64,000 nucleotides of DNA from Octopus sinensis (taxonomy: Eukaryota): the NCBI RefSeq assembly GCF_006345805.1, contig NC_043000.1, forward strand, positions 133,796,001 to 133,860,000. Direction: 5' to 3'. Every line of letters starts with the position of its first letter. Positions within the stretch are counted from its first letter, which is position 1. Of this stretch, positions 24,111 to 36,560 are shown in pieces. A model generated the notes under the pieces. That model saw nothing but the letters and a program-made list of their open reading frames with translations. It searched no databases and had not been told where the DNA came from. The position numbers were made by a program, and so were the translations under genes.

Positions 24111-24884
24111 CAAATGTTTGTGACAGAAAAAATAAAGTTTAAGTTTATCCCCTTTAAGAGTTAACTGCCTCTGACAAGACATAATTATTCTAGAGAAAAA
24201 ATTAGAAACATTGGCCCTCAACTAACAGTGATAAAGGTTTTTTTTTTCTAGCTATGCATAATCTTCTCAATAAAAAAAGTGCATAAAGGTAAATATCCAT
24301 ACACATCTATTAGAGTTGAATTTCGTAGACTATACACCTATAAGATATGATTTTTAGCAGTAACACAAGTACAGTTGATTAAATTAACCCTAAAGCATTA
24401 CTGATACAATTTGTTAATTATCTTGGAAGGAACTAAACTCACAACCAACAGTGTACTGCAAGCTGTGAGTGTCCAGGGCAAGGCAAGTACTGCAAGGGGG
24501 GCAAACTATTTTTGTTATTACTACTTCACATATGTTTTTAGTTCTGTTAATTTTGTGCTCTTAAGAATGTTTTCCTCAGGACAACCACCCCTGTGGTCTC
24601 ACTCATGCTATGCAACAGTTCAGAATATAAAATGACGTAACTAAATACCACTAAACATTTAATCAAATTGCTTGGCTGTTTCTTTCACTACATTTCCTTT
24701 CCAACTAGAAATAAGTCATTTGAATATAAGAAAATAAACTCAAATGAATTCACATTTATGGTAACTAAACCAGAAAGAAGTGTTTTAATAATAATAATAA
24801 TAAAAATTTTGAATAATTAAAAGACACCCGTTTCAATTGCTTTTAGCTTTCTAATGAAATTTCTGACATAAGAACACAGCTTAC

Positions 24885-24899
24885 CTTTTGCCTCTGGTG
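24885..24899 (-). CDS. NCX: NCX micro-exon, 15 nt, phase 1-1 (APEAK)
   Basis: tctttttctatgttcaactacaacag|CACCAGAGGCAAAAG|gtaagc. Confidence 0.65.
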
Positions 24900-25238
24900 C
24901 TGTTGTAGTTGAACATAGAAAAAGACATTAGCTTTAGTCTTATTATCAGACACAACATAAAGAAAACAAGAGGGAGGAGCAGTACCAAATGGAAAAGAGC
25001 ATACAAAAATTACCTGTCAGTATACAATAAAGTAAAACTATTTTTATTCATTATTTTTTTTATACTATTATTATTATTTTGCATGTTTCATTGATGAGTT
25101 TGCATTAGGATAATGAATAATCTTAAAATTATGACTTTAAAGGATAATATGACAGAAAGATTATGCCGGTGATGATTTGATGAGTAGAAAATGCTGCAGG
25201 TATAATTAGCAGTGAATAGTGTGACTGTATTTGTAAGA

Positions 25239-25582
25239 GTATTTGAAGGCGCATGGCTCAGTGGTTAGAGCGTCGAGCTTACAATCGTGAGGTTGTGAGC
25301 TCGAATCCCAGACCGGGCTGCATGTTGTGTTCTTGAGCAAGGCACTTTATTTCACGTTGCTCCAGTTCACTCAGCTGTAGAAATGAGTTGCGACGTCACT
25401 GGTGCCAAGCTGTATCGACCTTTGTCTTTCCCTTGGTTAACACTGGTGGCGTGGAGAGGGGAGGCTGGTATGCATGGGCGACTGCTGGTCTTCCATAAAC
25501 AACCTCGCCTGGACTTGTGTCTAGGAGGGTAACTATCTAGGTGCAATCCCATGGTCTGTGTCGTGACCGAAGGGGGTCTCCG
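25239..25582 (+). mobile_element. SINE family D, intact tRNA-derived head
   Basis: A-box tggctcagtgg and B-box-like gagctcgaatccc. 10-bp TSD atttgtaaga at 25229-25238 and 25583-25592. Confidence 0.88.
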
Positions 25583-27833
25583 ATTTGTAAGAATCAGCCA
25601 AATTTGATAAAAAATCTTTTGACTAGAATTCCCAAGTGTATTTGGGAAAGTAAAAAAAGAGTCAGTGGGTTGTGCAATTCACAAGAGCATTTTTTATTCT
25701 CCTGATGGCCATCTTGCACAAGATTGGTTTACTGAAAATTCTCTTAGTTGCTGTATAGAAAAAGAAAATAAAAGACACCACATTGCTTGATGTGACTCTG
25801 GAAAGGCACATCATGCCTTTACAAAAGGAAAAAAAAAATAGGAGGTTCATGGCAGGAATGTCAGTCAAAAAATGAAAAAGCAACACAGAAATCCTCCTAA
25901 TTAGTAATAGTGGGGTTTTCTGCCAAGTATTGTAGGCTGTGGTGTTTTACCAGTAGAGTAGCTGCACAGCTTGCTGTGAAATACTTGATGGTTTCCAGAT
26001 AATAGATTCTAGTGACAGCAACAGTGGTGTACATGTGTAGTCAGCTGGTGTTGTAAAGTGGGATCGTGTTGATAAGATGAGATGAGATTAAATGATCAAA
26101 ATGAGCCTTGGGTGTGTAGTAGTGTGACATCTGTATAGAGACTGGATTTGGAAGTGTTCAAGAATGTTTGGGGAATCTATGAGTCAGAAACGTCACAAGG
26201 GGTAAAAGATTAAGCCCAAGTAAGCAATTCAGAGTGGTGACTATTTCAGCTTCAACAGCATCTGGTACCCAAAGCATCACTTTTTAAATACACTCATTTC
26301 TCTGGTAGGCAGCTGGTGTCATTTAGATTATTTAAAATTTAGTTGTAAATAAATGCAAATATAAAAATCAGCTATTTATTTATATTTTGTTTCACATTGC
26401 TACTGTACTTATCTTTAAAGCATTAAACTGCCATCAATTAGCGATCAAAGATTTTAACTATGTAGGTGTCTTTGGTATGTTATACAAATGAGAAAGAAAA
26501 CAAAAGTTCAAACTGAATGTTCCTACTATTACCACACACACACAATTATATATAAGAAAGAATTTCTTTAAAAAATACGAAGTAGATTGTTTATTGAAGT
26601 ATAACAAAACCAGGGTGGAGGAATATTGATACACTGTTACATTTTGACACTAGTATTTTAATACAGTGCAAAATAGCTCTGAAATCATAAGATATATGAT
26701 ATAAGCATTTGTCAGTGAATGTTTAAAATGAAAATGAGTTGTTACTGTTTCTTATTTTTTGGGATAAGTGAATATTTAGATTAAAGATGGCAAGATGGTG
26801 TAAGGGCGGCTGCAATGGCATTAAGGTAGATCCGGCCACCCCTGCCAACAGGGACAAAACCTGGATTTAAAACACTGGATGGTGATGAACAAAAACAATC
26901 AAATATGATAAATTAAATATAAAAATATCCTTTAAAAAATCTATTAAATTTCACTTGCTGTAAGATAAAATGTAATACATTGGGAATATTTGAAACTCAT
27001 AAATATTATCAGTCTGAAAAAAAAAATGGAAAAACAGAAAAATATTAATGCTGATGACTGGGCACAAGGTCAATTTAGATAGGTAAGGAAGGCAGTGTAG
27101 TTAACTGAATCAATCCTAATATATTACTGATACATATTTTATGTGCACAAAGTAATAATAGCACCAAATAGGTAAAACCAAATTATATTCACTAAAACAG
27201 CCAGTTTATTATTTTACTGTTTTAGCTACCCTCATCAACCTATTTTAAATATTGATTTCTTATGGAAAGGGCCAGAAATTCTTATGTACTTGATAGTTAT
27301 GTTTTTCTCAAAGATATCAAGAACAAAGCTAAAAATTTCTTTCAAAAGGGAGTCGAAGTCAGGACTAACTGTATTCTACAATGAGCAGCTTAATTTAAGC
27401 AGTTATGGGCTAATTTAGATGCTTTAGCCCTTTAGCATTAAGATTACTCTGTTAAATGAAATGCTTATTTATCCACAATGTCTTGAATTAGTTGAGCATC
27501 ATCTCATAGTTTTGAATTTCAATGATGTGACTGTTTATTGTTATGATATTGTGGACAAGGTGTGAAAGGCTAGACCTAACTGATTTTAATATAATACAGA
27601 ATATTTGAGTCAGACATGACCAGTTTAAATATTAAAAGGCTTAAAGTTTCTAATTTAGAACTTTCAAGAATATCAGATTATATCAGTGAATATTTTGATT
27701 TGTCATTTCATTAGAACCAATATTGATTTAAATTGCTATGCCTGATTCCATTCAAGATGTATTGTCTTTGTGCCTCATTTAAGAAAATAATACACATACA
27801 CACACATACACTCATATTAAAAAAATATCTTAC

Positions 27834-28260
27834 CCATTGCTATTTCATAAATTCCTGTGGATTTATCCTCAATACAGCACTTCCGGTCAACCAAATAGGC
27901 AATAAGGATGAGAAGTGGGAAATAGAGGAAAGTCACAATAGCTTCCCACAGTTCCACTTCATTCGGACTACTGGCTAGCAAAACAATGGCAAGCCACATA
28001 TAAGAAAAAAGGCAAAAGAATGAGGTGATACCAAACACCCGCATACTTTTGATGCGTCGGAATTCACCGTTTGGAATTGTCATGATACAGATACCAGATA
28101 TGACGAATAAGTTGAAAGCAGCTGAACCAACAATGGTTGATGGTCCAAGAGCACCAGCACAGAAACCATTACCCAGAATCTCAATAACAGACAGTAATAT
28201 TTCTGGAGCACTCGTACCAAGAGCCAACAGACTGAGGTTGGCAACGGTGTCATTCCATAC
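27834..28260 (-). CDS. NCX: NCX coding exon 2, 427 nt, phase 0-1: alpha-1 repeat, TM2-TM5
   Basis: ttttcatttag|GTATGG (VWNDTVANLSLLALGTSAPE...GSAAFN...) and ATG G|gtaag. GTSAPE and GSAAFN are diagnostic SLC8 alpha-1 motifs. Confidence 0.97.
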
Positions 28261-29619
28261 CTAAATGAAAATAAAAAATTAAATAAATTTCAATTTCTAT
28301 TGTTAAAAGGGTAAATGAAAGGTTATTGAGTTACAGGGTTAGGAACATTGATAGTAATGTGATAGAAAATTGAGATTACTTTTCTATGTTATATATTTTA
28401 GAATTGTTTATACAAATATTTCCTGTTGATCTCTGACATCAATCTAATTAAGACCCTGCTCTCTGAACTCAACAATTCTAAACCTACTCCCACCTAAAAA
28501 TCACCACTCACATCATTCTTTCCCATTTTACATCAATTTCACTGCTTCATTACTCAAACTCTGCATGAAATACTTTTTTACTTCTGTCCTTCCTCAAAAC
28601 TGCAACTTATGGAACTTTTCAGTCACATAGACAAGAAAACCCTAAAAAGAATATATATATAATTCCTACCCTTTATAGAATAACACTTCACCCTCTGCCA
28701 AAAGCGAAAAAAGTACAAACAAAAATGTGGTGTTGGTGTCAACCAGGTTATACAAGGCAAGTATCATACAGTAATCATAACACTGACAATTCAAAATCAA
28801 TTAATGGACCTATATCATTAATAAACTGTATTATAAACAATTACCATATCTTACCCTATCACTAACATTGTGTTATGCCCATATTGAAAACACCTTCCCA
28901 AACACAGTTTACTTAGTTACACACACACACACTATATATATATATATAGAGAGAGAGAGAAGTCACTCACTGATCTAAAGAGCAGGAGCATTAAAAAATC
29001 GATCCTTATTTCACAACTACATTACAATAAAGGGAGAAACATTTTTTACTGCTTATAATGAGCGGCTCATAAATATTTGGTAACTGCTACCAACAGATGA
29101 ATGGCCTGACAAAGTATAGAATAAAATTTCTACTTCACTCCCCTTACTAAAGAAAGAAAAAAAAATCATCAGACATCTTCATTAGATCTGAACACATAAT
29201 CTGTAAGTTAAAAGTCCAATACTTAATTCACTTGGCTATTTTAACCACATATTATTAAGTTTGCAGTTTCATTTGAAAATCCTGTTATAAGTTAAATTTC
29301 TCCTCTTATCTCATACATGATGAGTTAGTCAAATTTCCCTAAAATCACACTCAATTATTTTTACAAAGAGAGGTTACATCAGACATCTTCAGACATCTGG
29401 CTGAAATTAAGTGAGATGATCAAGACAAGTCATAGGTCTGCTGAATTAGGGTTGACCTAGAGCTAAACAGTTCTGACAGGTTCAACTTCAAACCCTATGA
29501 TCTCTCTCTCTCTCTCTCTCTCTCTCAATATCTCTCTCTCTTTCTAAAGGAATATACCCCAGCATATGAAAACATACAACAGTGTGCCTGCTCATTTGTC
29601 ATTGAAGACCAATGTCTGA

Positions 29620-30330
29620 CCCAATCAGCTACTAATCCACTGTCTTAACTTCCAACATCTTAATGATGGGGTTAGCTTAAGCAACCATTTTTATAACCAC
29701 CTTGAGTCTTCTACCTTACCTAGAGACCACCAGTATGGGTTCTGTAGAGTGGACTCTAGCAAGGACTTGCTCTCCTACATCATTGATCTCTCATCCTTGC
29801 AAACTTTAGCAAAAGCAAGGTTGTTAAAGTATTTGTCCATGTCTTGCATGACAATCTCCTAACTAGGTTGCCAATCTTTTGGTTCCAACCATCTCACATT
29901 TCTTGGATAAGAAGATTCTTTACAGGGTGCCCCACTGCACTATCTTTCAAGGACATTTTTTCATTCTGGTGTATTTTGGTATATTTCAGGGTTCCATTAC
30001 ATCTACCACATATTTCCTGAAATACTACAATCTTTTTTCTGTTACATATAACCATGCACACATAGATATGTAAACTTTTGCAAATTGGCAGCATCCAAAC
30101 TCAACTTATAAATCTCATGCCAGATTTTTTTATACTTTGATGAATAAAAGCCTGAATGACATCCTTCAATAATGGAAATACTAGTCTCAGGAGGAACAAT
30201 TTTGTTCAGACCTTCTTTCCCAGAATGCTAACCATCTGGAACTGTTTCTTCATCCATTTGTTTCCTACATGCATCCAACTACAAACATTGAACATAAATA
30301 TGCCTTCAAAACTGAGAAAGTCTGAAAAGG
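29620..30330 (+). mobile_element. Highly decayed CR1/Jockey-type LINE RT and 3' fragment
   Basis: Remnants HQYGFCR...DLL, VLHDNLLTRL and QTFFPRMLTIWN resemble QYGFR and SFFPRT..WN motifs. Confidence 0.55.
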
Positions 30331-30375
30331 TCACAGAAATGTTCCACATTCTCTTCTTGCTATCAGATAATAATA

Positions 30376-30914
30376 TTGGGTTGTCCTGAAAGTTTGTGCC
30401 GATTTATAGTAGCTTACCTTTCGATTTATTTTAGAACATGGTTGAGTCCATAAAACAGGATTTCACTACACCTCCATTTAGAGCACAGTATAAGCTATCT
30501 TTTTGTGGAAGAAGGTTTATGTTCCTATAAACTGTGTAAATTCTGTAACCCTTTAAAATAGAAGATAAGAAAGTTCATTTTCGGCACTTGATGTTTTGAG
30601 AACCAGACAAAAATTGCTGCAGCTCGGCTGGGATGTGTTACCCAACCCTCCATATTCACCAGATATTGCTCCTTTGGATTTCCACTTATTCAGATCTCTG
30701 CAGAATAGTCTTAATGGTAAAATTTCAATTCCTTGGATCTTTGCCATGAAACCACCTCAATTCTGGGAAGAGGGTATTTTCAAGTTAAAGGAAAGATGGA
30801 GACGCATTGTGCAACAAAATGGTTCATATTTGGTTGATTAAAAATGTAATGGCAAGTATTTATTGACCTTTTTCTTTCCTTTAAAAATCAGCACGAACTT
30901 TTCGGACAACCCAA
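30376..30914 (+). mobile_element. Internally deleted (539 bp) copy of the 12-1295 mariner
   Basis: Same TIRs, TA flanks at 30374-30375 and 30915-30916. Joins cacttgatg to ttgagaaccagacaaaa (about 720 bp lost), plus a second deletion of about 26 bp. Confidence 0.93.
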
Positions 30915-30958
30915 TATTTAAAAAAAATAATCAAGAGATTTAACCATAATTTAACCAT

Positions 30959-31385
30959 AGGCGCAGGAGTGGCTGTGTGGTAAGTAGCTTGCTAACCAAC
31001 CACATGGTTCCGGGTTCAGTCCCACTGCATGGCATCTTGGGCAAGTGTCTTCTGCTATAGCCCCGGGCTGACCAATGCCTTGTGAGTGGATTTGGTAGAC
31101 GGAAACTGAAAGAAGCCTGTCGTATATATGTATTTATATATATATATATATATATAAGTGTGTGTGTATATGTTTGTGTGTCTGTGTTTGTCCCCCTAGC
31201 ATTGCTTGACAACCGATGCTGGTGTGTTTACGTCCCCGTCACTTAGCGGTTCGACAAAAGAGACCGATAGAATAAGTACTGGGCTTACAAAGAATAAGTC
31301 TCGGGGTCGATTTGCTCGACTAAAGGCGGTGCTCCAGCATGGCTGCAGTCAAATGACTGAAACAAGTAAAAGAGAGTAAAAGAGT
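30959..31385 (+). mobile_element. SINE family A, young full-length copy
   Basis: CpG-rich head, (TA)/(TG) core, body and gtaaaagagagtaaaagag tail. Confidence 0.9.
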
Positions 31386-31509
31386 ATAATAAATGTTTTA
31401 ATAATAAAATTAAATTTATAAGCATACTATGATGGTCCTTTATATGTATGATGAAATGCATCGAGTTTTTTGGTACAAAAACAAAATATAAAAAATTTGT
31501 ATGAATTAC

Positions 31510-31797
31510 CTTCACTTCAACTTCATGAAATCCATTCGGTTTGCTGCTGTCGGCCACTCTGATCTTACGGGTTTTACTTGTAATGCGTTCAATGGAACAC
31601 ATAAATGTATCAGCAATAATCGATACACCCAAGAAGCACCAAAGTAATCCTAGCAAGTATACAAATGCACGGAACCCTAAAGGCCAGGCATCTTCATTAA
31701 GAATTGGTAAAATCAGGCCTGAACAGGATCCATTGCTGTCTGATTTCATACAATAGGGGTTGGTAGCACCATTAGTGCTTGGTGTGGAGTTAGCCAT
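31510..31797 (-). CDS. NCX: NCX first coding exon, 288 nt (96 aa), N-terminus and TM1
   Basis: MANST...FRAFVYLLGLLWCFLGVSIIADTFMCSIERITSKT...EVEVK|gtaatt. An in-frame upstream TGA supports ATG 31797 as the start. Confidence 0.96.
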
Positions 31798-31839
31798 AGT
31801 TACTGCTCCAGTTGATATTAACTGTTCATCTATTCAATC
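31798..31839 (-). other. NCX: 5' UTR part of the first coding exon, with a 3-codon uORF (ATG AAC AGT TAA, 31829-31818)
   Basis: Acceptor cttattttctttattacag| at 31841-31840. Confidence 0.7.
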
Positions 31840-32458
31840 CTGTAATAAAGAAAATAAGATGAAATAATTACATGTATCCAAATACATACACACATATATA
31901 CACACAAAATGGTGTGGTCTCTGTTCATCAAGGCTAACCTTTCATCTACATATATGCAAGCCTGGGCAATTTTTTTTCTTTTCCTACAATACTTTTGTTC
32001 CAAACAACTGCCAATTCATCACCTTTTACACATATGCACATCAGACAACTGTGAAAAGAGAATTTGTCTAAGTAACCAGGTTTCTTCCAATTTTTGGACA
32101 AACCTAAATCAGCAGAGGTTTTGCTACACTAATATCTCTTCCATTCTAAGAAGTTAGGCTTTCTCTAGAATGAGTGTTTCTGACCATGTAGTTCTATGGA
32201 ATGCTCATGATTTGTCTCAGGTGCATCATCATGGATGCATGACGTTTTTTATTACATATTTATGTTACATTGTCCATATTTTCTTTATGTAGCTATACAC
32301 ATGCTGTTGGTGATACTTTTCCTTTTCTGAACTTTTCTGATGAAGATCTGTGCCCGAAACCTCAAAAGCCCTCCCTTTTTACAGAGCATCAAATGACTAC
32401 ATTCCATGTACATGTCCTCTTGTTGTTTTGTTATTGGTAATGTTTGATTATTTGATTT

Positions 32459-32497
<39 letters not shown>

Positions 32498-33790
32498 CAG
32501 TACTGTGCCAAAGTCTTCAGCCATTTTAAACTATTGTAAATTTCATCCAACTGCCAACTTATTAGTGGACGTTTCACATTGCATTTTTTACAGATGAAAC
32601 ATTGGCCCTGTTAGAGTAATTTCCATACCTAATCATTATATTTTGTAATGGGGGTTCTGAATGAGAGGGGAAAATGCAAGATGACCACCAAAAATGGCCA
32701 CACAAAACTTTTTGGCCACCTCACATAAACCAATCAAGATACAGTGTTTTAAAACAAAAATGTCTATAATGAAAATTTATTACATAACGCTCATTTCAAG
32801 AAGTTATTGTACATTGTTAATATTTCGTGTGGTGATTTAACCTTAGCTTAAATAATTGCTTCAATATGCCTGGGAAGCGATGCATACAAATCCTTCACCA
32901 TCTTCACAGGTATGAGATGCCATTCTCTGAGACTGAGCTCCCACAATTCTTAAAGATTGTGTAAATTCTTCTGACGAACTCCTTGTGTCACCTAATAAGT
33001 GAAAATTTGTCAGAAGGCCTCCAGGAAAATGAAATGACCCATGTTACACAATGAAATCAATGAAGTTTGGGGGTAAGAGTTTGATGCTTTGGAGATACAT
33101 AAAAAGTAATGGTTCAAGAAAGCTGGTTGAAATTGATGGCAACTTGAATAGTGCTAAATACATCCAGTGGCTGAAGGACAATTTGATACCAGACTTGGAT
33201 GAAGGTGAGATTTTTCAGCATGACGGAGCTCCATGTCACAGATGACATGCAATACCACATACCATATTGAAAGATTGGCCATATCAGAGCCCTAACTTAA
33301 ATATCATTGAGCAAATGTAGACGGAACTAAAGAGAAGAGTTTATCAGAAGAATCCATGCAATCTTGAAGAGTTGTGGGAGCTCAGCCTCAGAGAATGGCA
33401 TCTCATACTTGTGAAGATGGTGAAAAATCTGTATGCATCTCTTCCCAGGTGGATTGAAGCAATTATTCAAGCTAAGGGAAGCCACATGAAATATCAACAA
33501 TGTACAGTAACTTCTTGAAATGAACATTATGTAATAAATTTTCATTATAGACATTCTTCTGTTTTAAAACACTGTCTTGACTGTGAAGTGACTGAAAACT
33601 TTTACAAGGCCATTTTTGATGGTCGTCTCCCATCTTCCCCACTCATTCAGAACCCCTACTACAAAATATAATGACCCAAACAGGGTCAATATCTCACCTG
33701 TAAAAAACAATGCGAAACAACCACTTATAAGTTGGCAGTTAGTAGAAATTTACAATAGTTTAAAGTGGCTGAAGACTTTTTCATGGTACT
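32498..33790 (+). mobile_element. Decayed Tc1-like transposon rebuilt as a fold-back (3' end present at both termini)
   Basis: Left end TA+cagtactgtgccaaag. 32498-32981 is an inverted copy of 33337-33790. The centre encodes FVRRPPG...KFGGKSLMLW...FQHDGAPCH...WPYQSPNLNIIE. Confidence 0.85.
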
Positions 33791-34050
33791 CATCAACATC
33801 GTTTAACATCCACTTTCCATGTTGGCATGGGTTTCACGGTTTGACTGAGAACTGGCAAGCTGAGAAGCTGCACCAGGCTCCAATCTGATTTGGTGAGGTT
33901 TCTACAGCTGGATGCCCTTCCAAGTGCTAACTATTCCGAGAGTGTAGTGGGTGCTTTTACATTTCACTGACACGGGAGCCAGTCAGGTGGCACTAGCATT
34001 GGCCACACTTGAATGGTGCATTTTACATGCCACCAGCATGGGTGCCAGTC
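33791..34050 (-). mobile_element. Family B RTE-type 3' end abutting the Tc1 right end
   Basis: catcaacatcgtttaacatccactttccatgttggcatggg... Confidence 0.8.
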
Positions 34051-34448
34051 AGGCAGCACTGACTGCCTGTATATACATATATGTGTGTGTGTGTGTGTGT
34101 GTGTGCACATATGTACACACACACAGAGTGGAAAATGTCATGTCACCACTTCACAATATTATGATTTTCAAAAGTCAAACCAAACATGCAGCAAAACGAA
34201 TTGAAATACAAACATTCAATAGAAGACAAACAATTTCTGTTTGGAATTTATTGTAATGTCATTACTTGTTGCCAACTATTTATGATGATACCTGTTTATA
34301 CTATAACTGTGTAGTAACAATAAAATATATAACTAAGCAGGGTAACAACAATATGATCCAACAAGCTATACATGAACCAGCAAATGATATTCCGACAAAC
34401 TACCAAAACAACACCTTACAACTCTCTGCAATTAACACCTACTTGCTC

Positions 34449-34530
34449 TGTATCTCACTCAGACCGCTACTATTTATAGTCGTTCAGTCACGTATTCTCG
34501 CAGGGGGTGCCATGAGTCTCACCACAACAG
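34449..34530 (-). promoter_or_regulatory. Candidate NCX core promoter (TATA 34478-34470, CA initiator 34450/34449)
   Basis: TATAAATAG followed 29-30 nt later by CA. Locally CpG-rich non-repeat sequence with CACCCCC and GTCACGT-like motifs. Possible donors at 34292|gtatca or 34266|gtaatg. Confidence 0.35.
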
Positions 34531-35678
34531 AATTATAACATTAAATGATATAACATTAATATTCTCTATTTCAGTGTTGTATCCATTCTTTTTGGAAAAC
34601 TTACATTTAGTTTCCTATTCATTTTCTAAACACATCCAGTTTTGTATCATAGAAAAAAGTTTCAACCTGTTCTGTATCCCTTCAAAGTTTGAGTTCAAAT
34701 GTCAAAGAGGTAAACTTTGCTATTTGCCCTTCTGGGTCAATAAAATGAGTATTAATCAAATACTAGAGTAGATATTCCCAACTTAAACTACCTGGTCTTG
34801 TTCCTATAGCAGAAAAATAATTTTAGGCTGCAAGCTAATTTAACCCAATCTATAAGATTTATCCTTTGAAATGTTGTCAGAACACCATCAGTTTTTTCTT
34901 CGTTTGTTTTTTTTCAGACAGGACAAGGGTGAGCATATACACAGAGGAGGGCTGGCCCCTAGATATGTCAAAAACCAAATGGCCAATTAACATATATCAA
35001 GGGGCCAGCTGTCCTGTAAATCTTAGCCACAGGACCATCTACTATTTGACTCATTTGCTGGGAATCTGGACAGATACTACAGCACTGGGCCAGAGTGGAC
35101 CTGGAGAAAGTGGGGATTAAGTTCCGACTCCATACTCCCCTATATTCCTATATTGGAGCTTCACCAGTCAGAATAGCTTAATGCTTTGCCTGGGATTTAT
35201 TAGGCATATTGGAGACCCTCAGTATGGAAGTTAGGTCTGCAAGAAATCACATTCAAATCCCTTTGAACTTTAAAAAAATAGGACACGAGAAGGTACTTCT
35301 GGATGCACTTTGCCTAAATGAAAGGCAAAATGTCTAGAATGCCTTTCACTATACGTCTAACACAGAGTTAGGCAAAGATATCAAATACTGGTTAAGTTTA
35401 TTATGAGATACTTCAATTTAACATTAAATGAACTTTCAAGATTTTGTCTTGCCCAGTGAGAACAGAGGTGGGGAGGGGTTTTGTACATATTGATAATATG
35501 ACATATGAATCAAAATTAGACTTTGCTGTGATTTGTCAGTAACAAATATTTACATGCTTTTACTTTGTCTAGATGTATTTGTCATCTCTGGTTTTGCAAA
35601 TTTAATATAGTTAAGTGGCATTAAAGCAAATTGATTAGTTTGTTTTTGACCATATAATATATATAGAGAGGGGGAGGA

Positions 35679-35719
<41 letters not shown>

Positions 35720-36344
35720 AAAAACAGGGAAAAAGAGAGGTAAGAAAAAAAGAAAAAAGCAAGAAAAGAGAACACAAATTAGAATGTACAAATATAAAAG
35801 GAAAGAGAAAAGAGGGGGAAAAAGAATGCAATAAAGAAAAGAATATGCAGAACAAAATGAAAAGAAAGAACAAAAAAAAACAGTGGAAAAAGGAATGAAA
35901 GAAGAAAGAAAAAAAAGAAAGAAAAAGAAATGAAGTCATTCCACATTGGTCCAATTTTTATTCCACCTACTCACAGAATAGTTTTAAAACTGGCAAACAA
36001 TTTCGTTTTATTGAAAAAATTCATTCAACCGTTTTTTTCTTTCTTTCTCTTTCATACAAAGAACTTAGAAACTGGTATTTGTATAGATAGTCTTTATGGG
36101 ACAAAGTGCCAAGATACAAATATATATATACATATTCATTATATGTGTGTGTGTGTGTGTATAGATAGACAGATTTCTTTATTGGACACGCAGGGCTGAA
36201 CACAGAAGGGACAAAATACAAAGTAGAGCTTTTCTTTTTGGGAAGAAAAAAGAGGATGTCGAATTCCAGAATTCCAATCAGAAGGGATTGTGAAAAGAAA
36301 AAAAAATTGGGACCAATCAATAGGGATTGTGTATCACAGAAATA

Positions 36345-36383
36345 GAGAGAGAGAGAGAGCGAGCGAGAGAGAGAGAGACAGAG

Positions 36384-36416
<33 letters not shown>

Positions 36417-36560
36417 GAGAGAGAGGGAGAGAGAGGAAGAGAGGGAGAGAGAGGAGAGAGGGAGAGAGAGGAAGAGAGAGAGAAAGAGGGAGAGAGAAAG
36501 AGGGAGAGAGGGGGGCAGACAGATAGAGAATGACAAAAGCAGAAAGAGAGAGAGAGGTAG
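36345..36560 (+). repeat. Compound (AG)n/(AGAC)n/(AGGG)n microsatellite
   Basis: Direct inspection. Source of spurious ER-rich and SL-rich ORFs. Confidence 0.95.

Noticed and set aside
25248-25320. tRNA gene
   Set aside because: A and B boxes are present, but the sequence continues into a SINE body with a TSD and no acceptor stem closes.
31285-31509. C-terminal 74 aa of ORF 31285..31797
   Set aside because: Read-through past the gtaatt donor into intron and SINE sequence; NCX homology resumes at 28260.
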